Shown here: positions 11,943 to 21,597 of the stretch, piece by piece | How the letters are laid out: every line of letters begins with the position of its first letter | Position numbering within the stretch: the stretch's first letter is position 1 | DNA from: Streptomyces reniochalinae | GTDB taxonomy: Bacteria > Actinomycetota > Actinomycetes > Streptomycetales > Streptomycetaceae | DNA length: 32,000 nucleotides | Direction of reading: 5' to 3' | Assembly: GCF_003323735.1 (NCBI RefSeq) | Contig: NZ_QOIM01000039.1 | Location: 39,349-71,348 of the forward strand | The notes under the pieces: generated by a model | Databases searched by the model: none | Told to the model about the DNA's origin: nothing | Seen by the model: only the letters and a program-made list of their open reading frames with translations | Position numbers and translations under genes: made by a program

Positions 11943-14900
11943 ATGGCGACCGAGGAGCAGTTGGTCGAGTACCTCAAGCGCGTGACCACGGAGCTGCACG
12001 ACACCCGCGCGCGTCTGGAGCAGGCCGAGGACAAGGACCACGAACCGATCGCGATCATCGGAATGGCCTGCCGGTTCCCCGGCGGGATCGCCTCGCCCGA
12101 GGACCTGTGGCGCCTCGTCGCCGAGGGCACCGACGCGATGACGGGATTCCCCGAGGACCGCGGCTGGGACGTCGAGTCGCTCTACGACCCCGACCCCGAC
12201 CGCGTCGGCACGTCGTACGTGCGAGAGGGCGGGTTCATCGACGGTGCCACCGAGTTCGACCCCGCGTTCTTCCAGGTCAGCCCGCGCGAGGCCGCCGGCA
12301 TGGACCCCCAGCAGCGGCTCGCCCTGGAGACCGCGTGGGAGGCGATCGAACGCGCCGGGATCGACCCGACGACGCTGCGCGGCAGCCGTACCGGGGTGTT
12401 CGTGGGCGCGAACAGCGGCGAGTTCATGACGCTCATGACGCAGGCTGAACCCGAGTTGCAGGGCTACCTGATGACAGGTGTGTCCCCCAGCGTGGTGTCC
12501 GGGCGCATCTCCTACACGTTCGGGCTGGAGGGCCCCGCGGCGACCGTCGACACCGCGTGCTCCTCCTCGCTGACCGCGCTGCACCTCGCGGTGCGCGCAC
12601 TGCGCGACGGCGACTGCACGATGGCGGTCACCGGCGCGGTCACGGTGTTGTCCACCCCGGGCACGTTCATCGGGTTCAGCCGGCAGCGCGCGCTGGCGAA
12701 GGACGGCCGGTGCAAGGCGTTCTCCGCCGCAGCGGACGGCATGGCGGCCGCGGAGGGCGTCGGCATGTTCCTCGTCGAGCGGCTGTCCGACGCCGTGCGG
12801 CTGGGACACCCGGTGTGGGCGGTCGTGCGGGGCTCCGCGGTCAACCAGGACGGCGCCTCGAACGGCCTGACGGCGCCGAACGGTCCCTCGCAGCAGCGGG
12901 TGATCCAGCAGGCGCTCGCCAACGCGAAACTGTCGGCACGCCAGGTCGACGTCGTCGAGGCACACGGCACCGGCACGCCACTGGGTGACCCGCTCGAGGC
13001 GCAGGCGCTCATGGCCACCTACGGCCAGGACCGCCCGGACGGCCGGCCCCTGTGGATCGGCTCGGTCAAGTCCAACATCGGACACGCGCAGGCGGCGGCC
13101 GGCGCGGCCGGCATCGTCAAGGCCGTGATGGCCCTGCACCACGGCGTCATGCCCAAGACGCTGCACGCGCAGGAACGGTCACCGCACATCGACTGGGCCG
13201 AGGGCGACGTCGAACTGCTCACCGAGGCGCGCGCGTGGCACAGCGACGGCGAACCACGCCGGGCCGGTGTGTCGTCGTTCGGGTTCAGCGGCACCAACGG
13301 GCACGTCATCCTGGAGGAGTTCGAGGCACCGCCGGTGGACGACGCCGAGACAGGGGACCTGCCCTCGGTGCCGTGGGTGCTCTCGGCGCGCGGCGCCGAC
13401 GCGGTGCGCGGCCAGGCCCGCGCACTCCTGGCGCACCCCGCCGCCGACGCGGACCCGGCCGCCGTGGCCGCTTCGCTCGTCCGTGGCCGTTCCGCCTTCG
13501 AGCACCGCGCCGTCGTGGTGGGCGCCGACCGTGCGGAACTGGTCGCGGGGCTGCGGGCGCTGGGCGAGGGCGTGGACGCGGCGGGCGTGGTGGAGGGCGT
13601 CGCGGGGCCGCTGGGGAAGTCGGCGTTCGTGTTCCCCGGACAGGGCGGGCAGTGGGTGGGCATGGGCCTGGCGCTGGCCGGTTCGAACCCGGTGTTCGGG
13701 GAACGGCTGGCGGAGTGCGAACAGGCGCTGGCACCGTTCCTGGACTGGTCGCTGTCCGCGGTGCTGCGCGGCGACGACGACGCGCCGGGACTGGACCGCA
13801 TCGACGTGCTCCAACCCGTTTTGTGGTCGATGATGGTCTCGCTGGCGCAGGTGTGGCGCTCGTGCGGGGTGGAGCCCGCAGCGGTGGTGGGACACTCCCA
13901 GGGCGAGGTCGCGGCGGCCGTCGTCGCCGGCGCGCTGTCCCTGGAGGACGGTGCGCGGATCGTGGCGCTGCGCTCCCAGCTGCTGCTGGAGATCACCGGA
14001 CTCGGTGGCATGGCATGGGTACCGTCACCCGCCGACGAGGTCGGCGAGCGGCTCACGCGGTGGGCCGGGCGGCTGTGCGTCGCCGCCGTGAACGGGCCGT
14101 CCGCCACCGTCGTCTCCGGGGATCTCGACGCGCTGGAGGAACTGGTGGCCGCCTACGCGGCCGAGGGCGTACGGGTCCGCAAGGTCGGTTCGTCCTGCGC
14201 GGGCCACTCGGCGCAGGTGGAGGTGGTGGAGGAGCGGCTCGCTCAGATGCTGCGCCCCATCGAGCCGCGCGAGTGCGCCATCCCGTGGTACTCGACGGTC
14301 CGCGGCCGCTGGCTCACCGGAACCGAGGCCGACGCCGGGTACTGGTACGAGAACCTGCGTGAGCTCGTCGGGTTCGGCCCGGCCATCGAGGCGCTCGCCG
14401 CCGAGGGTTTCCGGCTCTTCGTCGAGTCCAGCGTCCACCCCACACTGAAGATCGACACGGAGGACAACCTGGAGAACGCCGGGGTGTCGGACGCGCTCGT
14501 GGTCGGCTCGCTGCGCCGCGACGACGGCGGCCCCGACCGCCTGACGGCCTCGCTGGCCGAGGCGTGGGTGCGTGGCGCGGACATCGACTGGGCGGGCCTG
14601 ATCGGTCCCCGGCCGCGGGTCGACCTGCCGACCTACGCGTTCCAGCGTCAGGCCTACTGGCCGAAGACCACGTCGCGGACGGTCGACGCCTCCGGACTCG
14701 GACTCGGCGCCCCCGCCCACCCGTTGCTCGGCGCCACCGTCTCACTCGCCGACGGCCAGGGGGTGATGCTCACCGGCAGGCTGTCCGTGAAGACGCACCC
14801 CTGGCTGGCCGACCACACGGTCGGCGGCCACGTGCTGCTGCCGGGCACCGCGTTCGTGGAGCTCGCCCTCCGCGCGGGCGACGAGGTCGGCTGCCGCCTC

Positions 14901-17900
14901 GTCGACGAGCTGACCCTGGAGGCCCCGCTGGTCCTGCCCGAGCGCGGTGGCGTGCAACTCCAACTGGCCGTGCACACCGCCGAGGACGGACGGCGCCCGT
15001 TCACCGTTCACTCCCGCGGCGACGACGCCGCACCGGACGAGCCGTGGACGAGGCACGCCACGGGTCTCCTCGCCGCCGACGCGCCCGCGGCACACTTCGG
15101 CCAGGACGTCTGGCCGCCGGCAGACGCGACCGCACTGGCCCCCGAGACGATCTACGACAAGGTGGCCGCGGTGGGCGTCGGGTACGGGCCCGCGTTCCGC
15201 GGACTGCGCGCACTGTGGCGGCGGAACGACGAGATCCTCGCCGAAGTCGCCCTGCCCCAGGACACCGCCGACAGCGACGGCTTCGGGCTGCACCCCGCGT
15301 TGCTCGACGCCGCGCTGCACCCGCTCGCCCTCAGCGGTGTCCTCGGCGACCGGGGGAGCGACGAGGGGCCGCTGCTGCCGTTCGCGTGGTCCGGCGTGCG
15401 GCTCCAGGCCACCGGCGCCACCGCACTGCGGGTCCGGCTGTCGCCCGCCGGTGGCAGCGCGGTCCGGGTGGACGTGGCGGACACCGCCGGTGTGCCGGTG
15501 GCGTCTGTCGACTCACTCGCCGTCAGGCCGCTGCCCGCCGAAGCCCTCAACCGCTCCGCGGATCCGCTGCGCGGCGGGCTGTTCCAGCTGGACTGGGTGC
15601 CCGCGCCGGCGCGCTGGGAGCCCGCTCTCGACGGTGCGACGTGCGTCCTTGTCGGCGAGTCGGACGAACTGCGGTCCGCGCTGGAAGCGGCGGGCGCCCG
15701 GATCGAGGACGCCTCCGTCCGTACACCGGACATGGGGTTCCTGGTGGTCGGCCGGCCCGCCGCGCCGGATCTGCCGGAGGCCGTGCGGGAGGCCACAGGG
15801 CAGGTGCTGGCCGCGGCCCAGGAGTGGCTGGCGGAGGACCGCAACGCCGGTGTGCCGCTCGTGGTGCTGACCCAGGGGGCGGTCGCGGTGGCCGAGGAGG
15901 CGCCCGCGGACCTGGCACAGTCGGCGGTCTGGGGGCTCGTCCGCTCGGCGCAGTCGGAGAACCCCGGCGGATTCGTGCTCGTCGACACGGACCTGACCCA
16001 TGCGTCGTGGGAGGCACTCGCCGCGTCGCTGGCCTCCGGAGAGCCGCAGATCGCGCTGCGCGAGGGCGTGGCCCACGTGCCCAGGCTCGCCCGGCACCCC
16101 GAGCCCGAGGAGCCCGCCGACCCGTGGGCCCGCGCCGGCACGGTGCTGATCACCGGTGGCACCGGCACGCTGGGCGCACTCGTCGCCCGCCACCTCGTCG
16201 TCGAACACGGCGTGCGCCGTCTGCTGCTGACCAGCAGGAGCGGCCCCGCCACCGAGCGGGCGGCGCGGCTGCGGGAGGAGCTCACCGAGCTGGGTGCCGC
16301 GGTGTCCGTCGTCGCCTGCGACGTGGCCGACCGCGAGGCCCTGGCGCAGGTGCTGGCCGCTGTCCCCGCCGAGCACCCGCTGACCGGTGTCGTGCACGCC
16401 GCGGGCGCGCTCGACGACGGTGTCCTCGCCTCGCTCACCCCCCAGCGGGTCGATGCCGTGCTGCGCCCCAAGGTGGAGGGCGCGCTGAACCTGGACGAGC
16501 TCACCCGAGACCTGCCGCTGTCCGCGTTCGTGCTGTTCAGCTCCGCCGCCGGTGTGTTCGGCGGTCCCGGCCAGGCCAACTACGCCGCGGCCAACGCGTT
16601 CCTCGACGCGCTCGCGCGGCGCAGGCGCGCCCAGCACCTCCCGGCCATGTCGCTGGCCTGGGGGCTGTGGGAAGAGGCCAGCGGACTGACCGGCGTGCTG
16701 GACGAAACCGACCGCGCGCGCCTGAGCCGGATCGGTGTGGGGCCGCTGTCCACCCCGGAGGGGCTGGCGCTGTTCGACGCGGCGTGCGCGGCCGACGCGC
16801 ACACGCTCGTCCCGGTCCGGCTGGAGTTCACGGCGCTGCGCGCGGCGGCCAGGGTCGGTGCCGTGCAGTCGATCCTGTGGGGCCTGGTGCCCTCCCCGGC
16901 GCGCCGGGTCGTCGGCGAGGGCGCGGCGGCGGCGTCCCAGCTGCGGGACCGGCTGGCCCGCATGCCGGAGTCGGAGTACATGCGCACGCTGCTGGAGGTG
17001 GTACGCACCCAGGCGGCGGTGGTGCTCGGGCTGCCGAACGCCGACGCCGTCGACGACCAGCGGGCGTTCCGGGAGGCCGGGTTCGACTCGCTGACCGCCG
17101 TCGAGTTCCGCAACCGGATGAACGCCACGACCGGGCTGCGGCTGCCCGCGACGCTCGTCTTCGACCATCCGACGCCGCACGCGCTCGCCGAGTACCTGCT
17201 CGCCGAGCTGCTCGACGCGGGGACCGGCGCGAGCGCACCCGCCACAAGGCAGGTGGGGGACGACGAGCCGATCGCCATCGTCGGCATGAGCTGCCGGCTG
17301 CCCGGTGGCGTGAGTTCGCCCGAGGACCTGTGGCAGCTCGTCGCCGACGGCGGTGACGTCATCTCGACGTTCCCGGCCGACCGCAACTGGAACCTCGACC
17401 AGCTCTACGACCCGGACCCCGAACACCGTGGCACCAGCTACACCCGGCACGGCGGGTTCATCTACGACGCGACCATGTTCGACGCGGCGTTCTTCGGCAT
17501 CTCACCGCGCGAGGCACTGACCATGGACCCGCAGCAGCGACTGCTGCTGGAGGGCGCCTGGGAGGCGCTGGAGCACGCGGGCATCGACCCTGCCGCGGTC
17601 CGCGGCAGCAGCACGGGCGTCTTCGTCGGGCTGACCTACCACGACTACGGCGCGCAGTTGCAGAACCTGCCCAGCGAACTGGAGGGCTTCGTCGGCACCG
17701 GGGTGTCCGCGGCGGTCGCCGCGGGCCGGGTGTCCTACACGTTCGGCTTCGAGGGGCCGTCGATGACCGTCGACACCGCGTGCTCCTCCTCGCTGGTGGC
17801 CCTGCACCAGGCGGCCCAGTCGCTGCGCCGCGGCGAGTGCTCGCTCGCGCTGTCCGGAGGCGTGACCGTGCTGTCCACGCCGGGAGTCTTCGTCGACTTC

Positions 17901-20900
17901 AGCCGCCAGCGCGGGCTGGCTCCGGACGGCCGGTGCAAGTCGTTCGCGTCCGCCGCCGACGGCACGGGCTGGAGCGAGGGCATGGGCGTGCTCGTGCTGG
18001 AGCGGCTGTCCGACGCGCGGCGCAACGGCCATCCGGTGCTCGCGGTGGTGCGCGGCAGCGCGGTGAACCAGGACGGGGCGAGCAACGGGCTGACCGCGCC
18101 GAACGGCCCCTCCCAGCAACGCGTGATCCGCCAGGCGCTCGCCGGCGCGGGACTGTCCGCCCCGGACGTCGACGCGGTCGAGGGACACGGCACCGGCACC
18201 ACGCTGGGCGACCCGATCGAGGCACAGGCGCTGTTGGCCACCTACGGCCAGGACCGGCCGGCGGACCGGCCGCTGTGGCTGGGCTCGGTGAAGTCCAACA
18301 TGGGGCACACGCAGGCCGCCGCCGGCATGGCCGGCGTGATCAAGATGGTGATGGCGCTGCGCAACGGCGTGCTGCCCGCGACGTTGCACGTGGACGAGCC
18401 GTCCGCGCACGTGGACTGGTCCACCGGCGCCGTCAGGCTGCTGACCGAGCCGCAGGACTGGCCGGTGGCACAGCGGCCGCGCCGCGCAGGTGTGTCCGCC
18501 TTCGGCATCGGCGGCACCAACGCGCACACCATCATCGAGGAGGCACCCGCCCGCCCTGTGGAGCAGGCCGCCGTGGAGACCGCGCGCCCACCGCTGGTGG
18601 GCTGGCCGCTGTCGGCGAAGAGCGCCCAGGCGCTGGCCGGACAGGCACGGCGGCTCCACGCCCACCTGGCGCGCCACCCCGAGCTGTCAGGCAACGACCT
18701 CGCGCACTCGCTCGCCACGACCAGGTCGGCGTTCCGGCACCGCGCGGTGGTCACCGGCGCGGGCCGAGACGAGCTCGTCGCGGGCCTGGAGGCGCTGATC
18801 GCGGGCGCGCCGGCGGCCAACCTGACCACCGGGACCACGCGCTCGGGCAAGGTGGCGTTCCTGTTCACGGGGCAGGGCAGCCAGCGACTGCGGATGGGGG
18901 AGGCCCTGTACGCGGCCTACCCGGTCTACGCGGCCGCGTTCGACGAGGTCTGCGCACAGCTGGACAAGCACCTGGACGGTCAACTGCGCGACGTGGTCCT
19001 CTCAGACGCCGAGTTGCTCAAGCGGACCGACTACACGCAGGCCGCGCTGTTCGCGGTCGAGGCCGCCCTCTACCGCCTGCTGCGCCACTGGGGCGTCAGG
19101 CCCGACTTCCTCGCGGGCCACTCGATCGGTGAGCTCGTCGCCGCCTACGTGGCCGGTGTCTTCTCGCTGGAGGACGCCGCCGCGCTGGTCGCGGCGCGCG
19201 GCCGCCTGATGCAGGCGCAGCCGCCCGCGGGCGCCATGGTGTCGGTGCGAGCACCGGAGGAGGCCGTCCGTCAGCTGCTCGACGGGAGGACCGACGAGGT
19301 CGGCATCGCCGCGGTCAACGGGCCGGCCTCCGTCGTGATCTCCGGAGTGACCGCGGCGGTCGAGGAGATCGCGGGGCTGCTCGCCGAGTCGGGGCACAAG
19401 ACCAGGAAGCTCGTCGTCAGCCACGCCTTCCACTCGCCACTGATGGACCCGGTACTCGCGGAGTTCACCGCCGTCGCCGAGGGCGTGGCCTTCCAGCCGC
19501 CCCGCATACCCGTCATCTCGGGCGTGACCGGAGCGCAAGCCACCGACGAGGAGCTGACCTCGCCCGCGTACTGGGCCAGGCACCTGCGCGACACGGTCAG
19601 GTTCCACGACGGCGTCGCCACCCTGCGGGACGCGGGCGTCACCACCTTCCTCGAACTCGGCCCCGACGCGGTGCTCTCCGCGATGGTCCAGGAGTGCGTC
19701 ACCGACGGCGATGTCGCCGTGGCCGCCGTGCTGCGGCGCGACCGCGACGAGGCCGCCGCCCTCCTCGACGCGCTCGCGCTGGCCCACACCGGGGGCGTCG
19801 ACGTGGACTGGGGGGCCGCCGCCGGGCCCGCCGACGTGGTGCCGCTGCCGACGTACGCCTTCCAGCGCACGTGGTTTTGGCCGGACGCGGCGCCGCCCAG
19901 GACCCCGGTCGAGGACCCGCTGTGGGCGGCGGTCGACAGCGAGGACCCGGACGCACTGGTGCGGCTGCTCGGGCCGGCCGCCGAGCACCGGGCCGAGGAC
20001 CTGCTGGCCGCGCTGGCGGCACTGCGCGACGGTTCCCCCGACCGCCTGCCCCGGTACCGGATCGAATGGACGCCGAGGGCCCAGACGCCCGAGGCCGCGC
20101 TGACCGGCACCTGGCTGCTGGTCGCCGGGCCGGGGGCGGACGATCCGCGGGTGCGCGATGTCGCCGCCGCGCTGACCTCGGCCGGCGCGGAGGTCAGCGC
20201 GGCGACCGCCGACGACCTCGGGGACGCGGGCGCGCCCGCCTACGCGGGGGTGGTCTGCCTGGTCCCGGCCGACGACGACACCGGATGGTTCGCCGATGCC
20301 GTGCTGTCGTCGGCGGCCGCCGACGGCGGGACCTCACCGGTGTGGCTGCTGACCTCGGGTGCGACGGCGCTGTCCGAGGACGGACCGGCCGCGGCGCGTG
20401 GGCACCTGCGGGCATGGGGGCTGGGGCGCGCCGCGGGAGCTGCACATCCGCAGCCCCGGGTCGGGCTCGTCGACCTGCCGCCGCGCCTGGACGGGCTGGC
20501 GCGCACCAGGTTGTGCGCCGTTTTGTCCGGGCGCACGGGTGAGGACGAGATCGCCCTCAGGCAGCCGGGCGCCTTCGTCCCCCGGCTGCGGCGGGTGCCA
20601 TCGCGGCGGGGCGGGCTGTGGCAGCCGGAGGGCACCGTCGTGGTCGCCGGAACGCTGGACGCGGCCGCGATCGCGTTCGCGCGCTGGGCCGCGGGCAACG
20701 GCGCGGACCGGGTCGTGGTGACCGCTCCCTGCATCGAGCTGGAGGGGGAGCCGGGGATCGTCGTCGACCAGGCAGACCCCGCGCAGGGCGGGCCGGCGGG
20801 GGACGCGCCGGCCGCCGTCTTGTACCGGGGAGAGGACGAGCACGTCGCCGAAGCCCTGCACGGGCTGGCCGCGTCGGGGGCGCTGGTGACCCTTCTCCCC

Positions 20901-21485
20901 GCCGAAGCGGTGTGGGGCGCTGCCGGGCCGAGCGCCTGCGCGGCGCTGGTCGGCTTCGATGCGCTGGCCCGTCGGCGGGCGGCGGCGGGGATGGCCTCGT
21001 TGTCCGCGGCCATCAGCGTCCGTGAACCGGCGGACGCCGTCACGGCGATCCGGCAGGCGCTCGCGGCAGGCGAGACGACCCTGGTCGTCACCGCCGACGG
21101 GCTGCCCTCGGACGGTGGGCGCTCGTCCCTGCTCGGTGGTGCCTCCGACCGCGGTGCGGCTTCTCAGTCCGGTGAGGAGCCCGCAGCCGGGGTGATCGAC
21201 AGCGCGGCGGAGTTCGGCCGGCGGTTCGCGGCGGTCGAGCCGGACGAGCGGGGCGCGTTCGTGCTGGAGCTCGTGCGTGCGCAGGTGGCCGCGCTGCTGA
21301 ACTTCGCGTCCGCCGAGGAGATCGACCCGGGCGTGGAGTTCTTCGAGTTCGGCATGTCCTCGATGGCCGCCATCGAACTGCGTGCCCGGATCGCCGCGCT
21401 GACCGACGTCCAGCTTGCCCCCGACGTGGTCTACGAGTACCCGAGCGCGGTCACGCTCGCCGAGTACCTGCTCACCGCTCTGTGA
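11943..21485 (+). CDS. Modular type I polyketide synthase, two extension modules (KS-AT-DH-KR-ACP, KS-AT-KR0-ACP), no release domain
   Basis: 3180-aa ORF starting 24 nt after the PKS-1 stop, with GGAGAAGGGG upstream of its ATG. Its N-terminal docking helix ([19 protein letters not shown]) is paralogous to that of PKS-1. The protein ends 40 residues after the last carrier-domain serine, and a hairpin follows the stop. Confidence 0.97.
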   Translation: MATEEQLVEYLKRVTTELHDTRARLEQAEDKDHEPIAIIGMACRFPGGIASPEDLWRLVAEGTDAMTGFPEDRGWDVESLYDPDPDRVGTSYVREGGFIDGATEFDPAFFQVSPREAAGMDPQQRLALETAWEAIERAGIDPTTLRGSRTGVFVGANSGEFMTLMTQAEPELQGYLMTGVSPSVVSGRISYTFGLEGPAATVDTACSSSLTALHLAVRALRDGDCTMAVTGAVTVLSTPGTFIGFSRQRALAKDGRCKAFSAAADGMAAAEGVGMFLVERLSDAVRLGHPVWAVVRGSAVNQDGASNGLTAPNGPSQQRVIQQALANAKLSARQVDVVEAHGTGTPLGDPLEAQALMATYGQDRPDGRPLWIGSVKSNIGHAQAAAGAAGIVKAVMALHHGVMPKTLHAQERSPHIDWAEGDVELLTEARAWHSDGEPRRAGVSSFGFSGTNGHVILEEFEAPPVDDAETGDLPSVPWVLSARGADAVRGQARALLAHPAADADPAAVAASLVRGRSAFEHRAVVVGADRAELVAGLRALGEGVDAAGVVEGVAGPLGKSAFVFPGQGGQWVGMGLALAGSNPVFGERLAECEQALAPFLDWSLSAVLRGDDDAPGLDRIDVLQPVLWSMMVSLAQVWRSCGVEPAAVVGHSQGEVAAAVVAGALSLEDGARIVALRSQLLLEITGLGGMAWVPSPADEVGERLTRWAGRLCVAAVNGPSATVVSGDLDALEELVAAYAAEGVRVRKVGSSCAGHSAQVEVVEERLAQMLRPIEPRECAIPWYSTVRGRWLTGTEADAGYWYENLRELVGFGPAIEALAAEGFRLFVESSVHPTLKIDTEDNLENAGVSDALVVGSLRRDDGGPDRLTASLAEAWVRGADIDWAGLIGPRPRVDLPTYAFQRQAYWPKTTSRTVDASGLGLGAPAHPLLGATVSLADGQGVMLTGRLSVKTHPWLADHTVGGHVLLPGTAFVELALRAGDEVGCRLVDELTLEAPLVLPERGGVQLQLAVHTAEDGRRPFTVHSRGDDAAPDEPWTRHATGLLAADAPAAHFGQDVWPPADATALAPETIYDKVAAVGVGYGPAFRGLRALWRRNDEILAEVALPQDTADSDGFGLHPALLDAALHPLALSGVLGDRGSDEGPLLPFAWSGVRLQATGATALRVRLSPAGGSAVRVDVADTAGVPVASVDSLAVRPLPAEALNRSADPLRGGLFQLDWVPAPARWEPALDGATCVLVGESDELRSALEAAGARIEDASVRTPDMGFLVVGRPAAPDLPEAVREATGQVLAAAQEWLAEDRNAGVPLVVLTQGAVAVAEEAPADLAQSAVWGLVRSAQSENPGGFVLVDTDLTHASWEALAASLASGEPQIALREGVAHVPRLARHPEPEEPADPWARAGTVLITGGTGTLGALVARHLVVEHGVRRLLLTSRSGPATERAARLREELTELGAAVSVVACDVADREALAQVLAAVPAEHPLTGVVHAAGALDDGVLASLTPQRVDAVLRPKVEGALNLDELTRDLPLSAFVLFSSAAGVFGGPGQANYAAANAFLDALARRRRAQHLPAMSLAWGLWEEASGLTGVLDETDRARLSRIGVGPLSTPEGLALFDAACAADAHTLVPVRLEFTALRAAARVGAVQSILWGLVPSPARRVVGEGAAAASQLRDRLARMPESEYMRTLLEVVRTQAAVVLGLPNADAVDDQRAFREAGFDSLTAVEFRNRMNATTGLRLPATLVFDHPTPHALAEYLLAELLDAGTGASAPATRQVGDDEPIAIVGMSCRLPGGVSSPEDLWQLVADGGDVISTFPADRNWNLDQLYDPDPEHRGTSYTRHGGFIYDATMFDAAFFGISPREALTMDPQQRLLLEGAWEALEHAGIDPAAVRGSSTGVFVGLTYHDYGAQLQNLPSELEGFVGTGVSAAVAAGRVSYTFGFEGPSMTVDTACSSSLVALHQAAQSLRRGECSLALSGGVTVLSTPGVFVDFSRQRGLAPDGRCKSFASAADGTGWSEGMGVLVLERLSDARRNGHPVLAVVRGSAVNQDGASNGLTAPNGPSQQRVIRQALAGAGLSAPDVDAVEGHGTGTTLGDPIEAQALLATYGQDRPADRPLWLGSVKSNMGHTQAAAGMAGVIKMVMALRNGVLPATLHVDEPSAHVDWSTGAVRLLTEPQDWPVAQRPRRAGVSAFGIGGTNAHTIIEEAPARPVEQAAVETARPPLVGWPLSAKSAQALAGQARRLHAHLARHPELSGNDLAHSLATTRSAFRHRAVVTGAGRDELVAGLEALIAGAPAANLTTGTTRSGKVAFLFTGQGSQRLRMGEALYAAYPVYAAAFDEVCAQLDKHLDGQLRDVVLSDAELLKRTDYTQAALFAVEAALYRLLRHWGVRPDFLAGHSIGELVAAYVAGVFSLEDAAALVAARGRLMQAQPPAGAMVSVRAPEEAVRQLLDGRTDEVGIAAVNGPASVVISGVTAAVEEIAGLLAESGHKTRKLVVSHAFHSPLMDPVLAEFTAVAEGVAFQPPRIPVISGVTGAQATDEELTSPAYWARHLRDTVRFHDGVATLRDAGVTTFLELGPDAVLSAMVQECVTDGDVAVAAVLRRDRDEAAALLDALALAHTGGVDVDWGAAAGPADVVPLPTYAFQRTWFWPDAAPPRTPVEDPLWAAVDSEDPDALVRLLGPAAEHRAEDLLAALAALRDGSPDRLPRYRIEWTPRAQTPEAALTGTWLLVAGPGADDPRVRDVAAALTSAGAEVSAATADDLGDAGAPAYAGVVCLVPADDDTGWFADAVLSSAAADGGTSPVWLLTSGATALSEDGPAAARGHLRAWGLGRAAGAAHPQPRVGLVDLPPRLDGLARTRLCAVLSGRTGEDEIALRQPGAFVPRLRRVPSRRGGLWQPEGTVVVAGTLDAAAIAFARWAAGNGADRVVVTAPCIELEGEPGIVVDQADPAQGGPAGDAPAAVLYRGEDEHVAEALHGLAASGALVTLLPAEAVWGAAGPSACAALVGFDALARRRAAAGMASLSAAISVREPADAVTAIRQALAAGETTLVVTADGLPSDGGRSSLLGGASDRGAASQSGEEPAAGVIDSAAEFGRRFAAVEPDERGAFVLELVRAQVAALLNFASAEEIDPGVEFFEFGMSSMAAIELRARIAALTDVQLAPDVVYEYPSAVTLAEYLLTAL
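12042..17215 (+). other. PKS-2 module C: KS-AT(branched-extender clade, CAGH motif)-DH-KR(B-type)-ACP
   Basis: KS approx 12042-13320 (Cys codon 12558-12560). AT approx 13625-14600 (GHSQGE with Ser codon 13896-13898; CAGH 14196-14207 in place of YASH; [10 protein letters not shown]). DH approx 14717-15530 ([10 protein letters not shown] with His codon 14814-14816; GVGYGPAF; LPFAW; [10 protein letters not shown]). KR approx 15590-16690 (TGGTGTLG from approx 16150; LDD 16410-16418; [13 protein letters not shown]). ACP approx 16990-17215 (AGFDS, Ser codon 17088-17090). Confidence 0.9.
17265..21482 (+). other. PKS-2 module D: KS-AT(malonyl-type)-degenerate KR (KR0)-atypical carrier domain
   Basis: KS approx 17265-18545 (Cys codon 17781-17783). 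AT approx 18856-19830 (GHSIGE with Ser codon 19122-19124; HAFH 19422-19433). The KR structural subdomain is recognisable at approx 20050-20600. The catalytic subdomain (approx 20620-21080) reads [13 protein letters not shown] (20631-20669) instead of TGGTGxLG, and has Cys (20937-20939) where the catalytic Tyr sits. Carrier core is [14 protein letters not shown] (Ser codon 21360-21362). Confidence 0.85.
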
Positions 21486-21488
21486 ACG

Positions 21489-21533
21489 CCCGCGGCGGCT
21501 GCCGGACACGCGGTGTCCGGCAGCCGCCGCGGG
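21489..21533 (+). terminator. Perfect 21-bp stem / 3-nt loop hairpin, 4 nt after the PKS-2 stop (intrinsic terminator candidate without a U-tract)
   Basis: CCCGCGGCGGCTGCCGGACAC (21489-21509), loop GCG, GTGTCCGGCAGCCGCCGCGGG (21513-21533). The arms are exact reverse complements, checked base by base. No T-run follows the stem. Confidence 0.7.
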
Positions 21534-21597
21534 AGCTGTGTCAGCCACTCCACGATCGGCATGTCATGAATCCGACAATCCCGGGGGGTATTGCGAG

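Noticed and set aside
5640-18545. Near-identical protein stretches between paralogous domains (for example [43 protein letters not shown] in KS2 and KS4) as a sign of recent gene conversion or module duplication.
   Set aside because: At the nucleotide level these stretches differ at many synonymous positions. The identity therefore reflects purifying selection on conserved KS cores rather than recent recombination.
21415-21597. 5' extensions of track ORFs: acyltransferase from 21415, P450 from 22805, ALDH from 25330, TetR from 26956, MFS from 27270, and the second P450 from 29455.
   Set aside because: The extensions run through terminator hairpins, overlap the preceding gene, or lie in low-GC3, Arg/Pro-rich sequence. 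Each internal start that I chose has a Shine-Dalgarno-like motif or promoter-like context and restores a family-typical N-terminus.
21486-21597. A degraded thioesterase remnant or frameshifted continuation downstream of the PKS-2 stop.
   Set aside because: Only 112 bp separate the stop from the next gene. A perfect hairpin and promoter-like sequence occupy this gap, leaving no room for even a fragment of a TE domain of about 250 aa.
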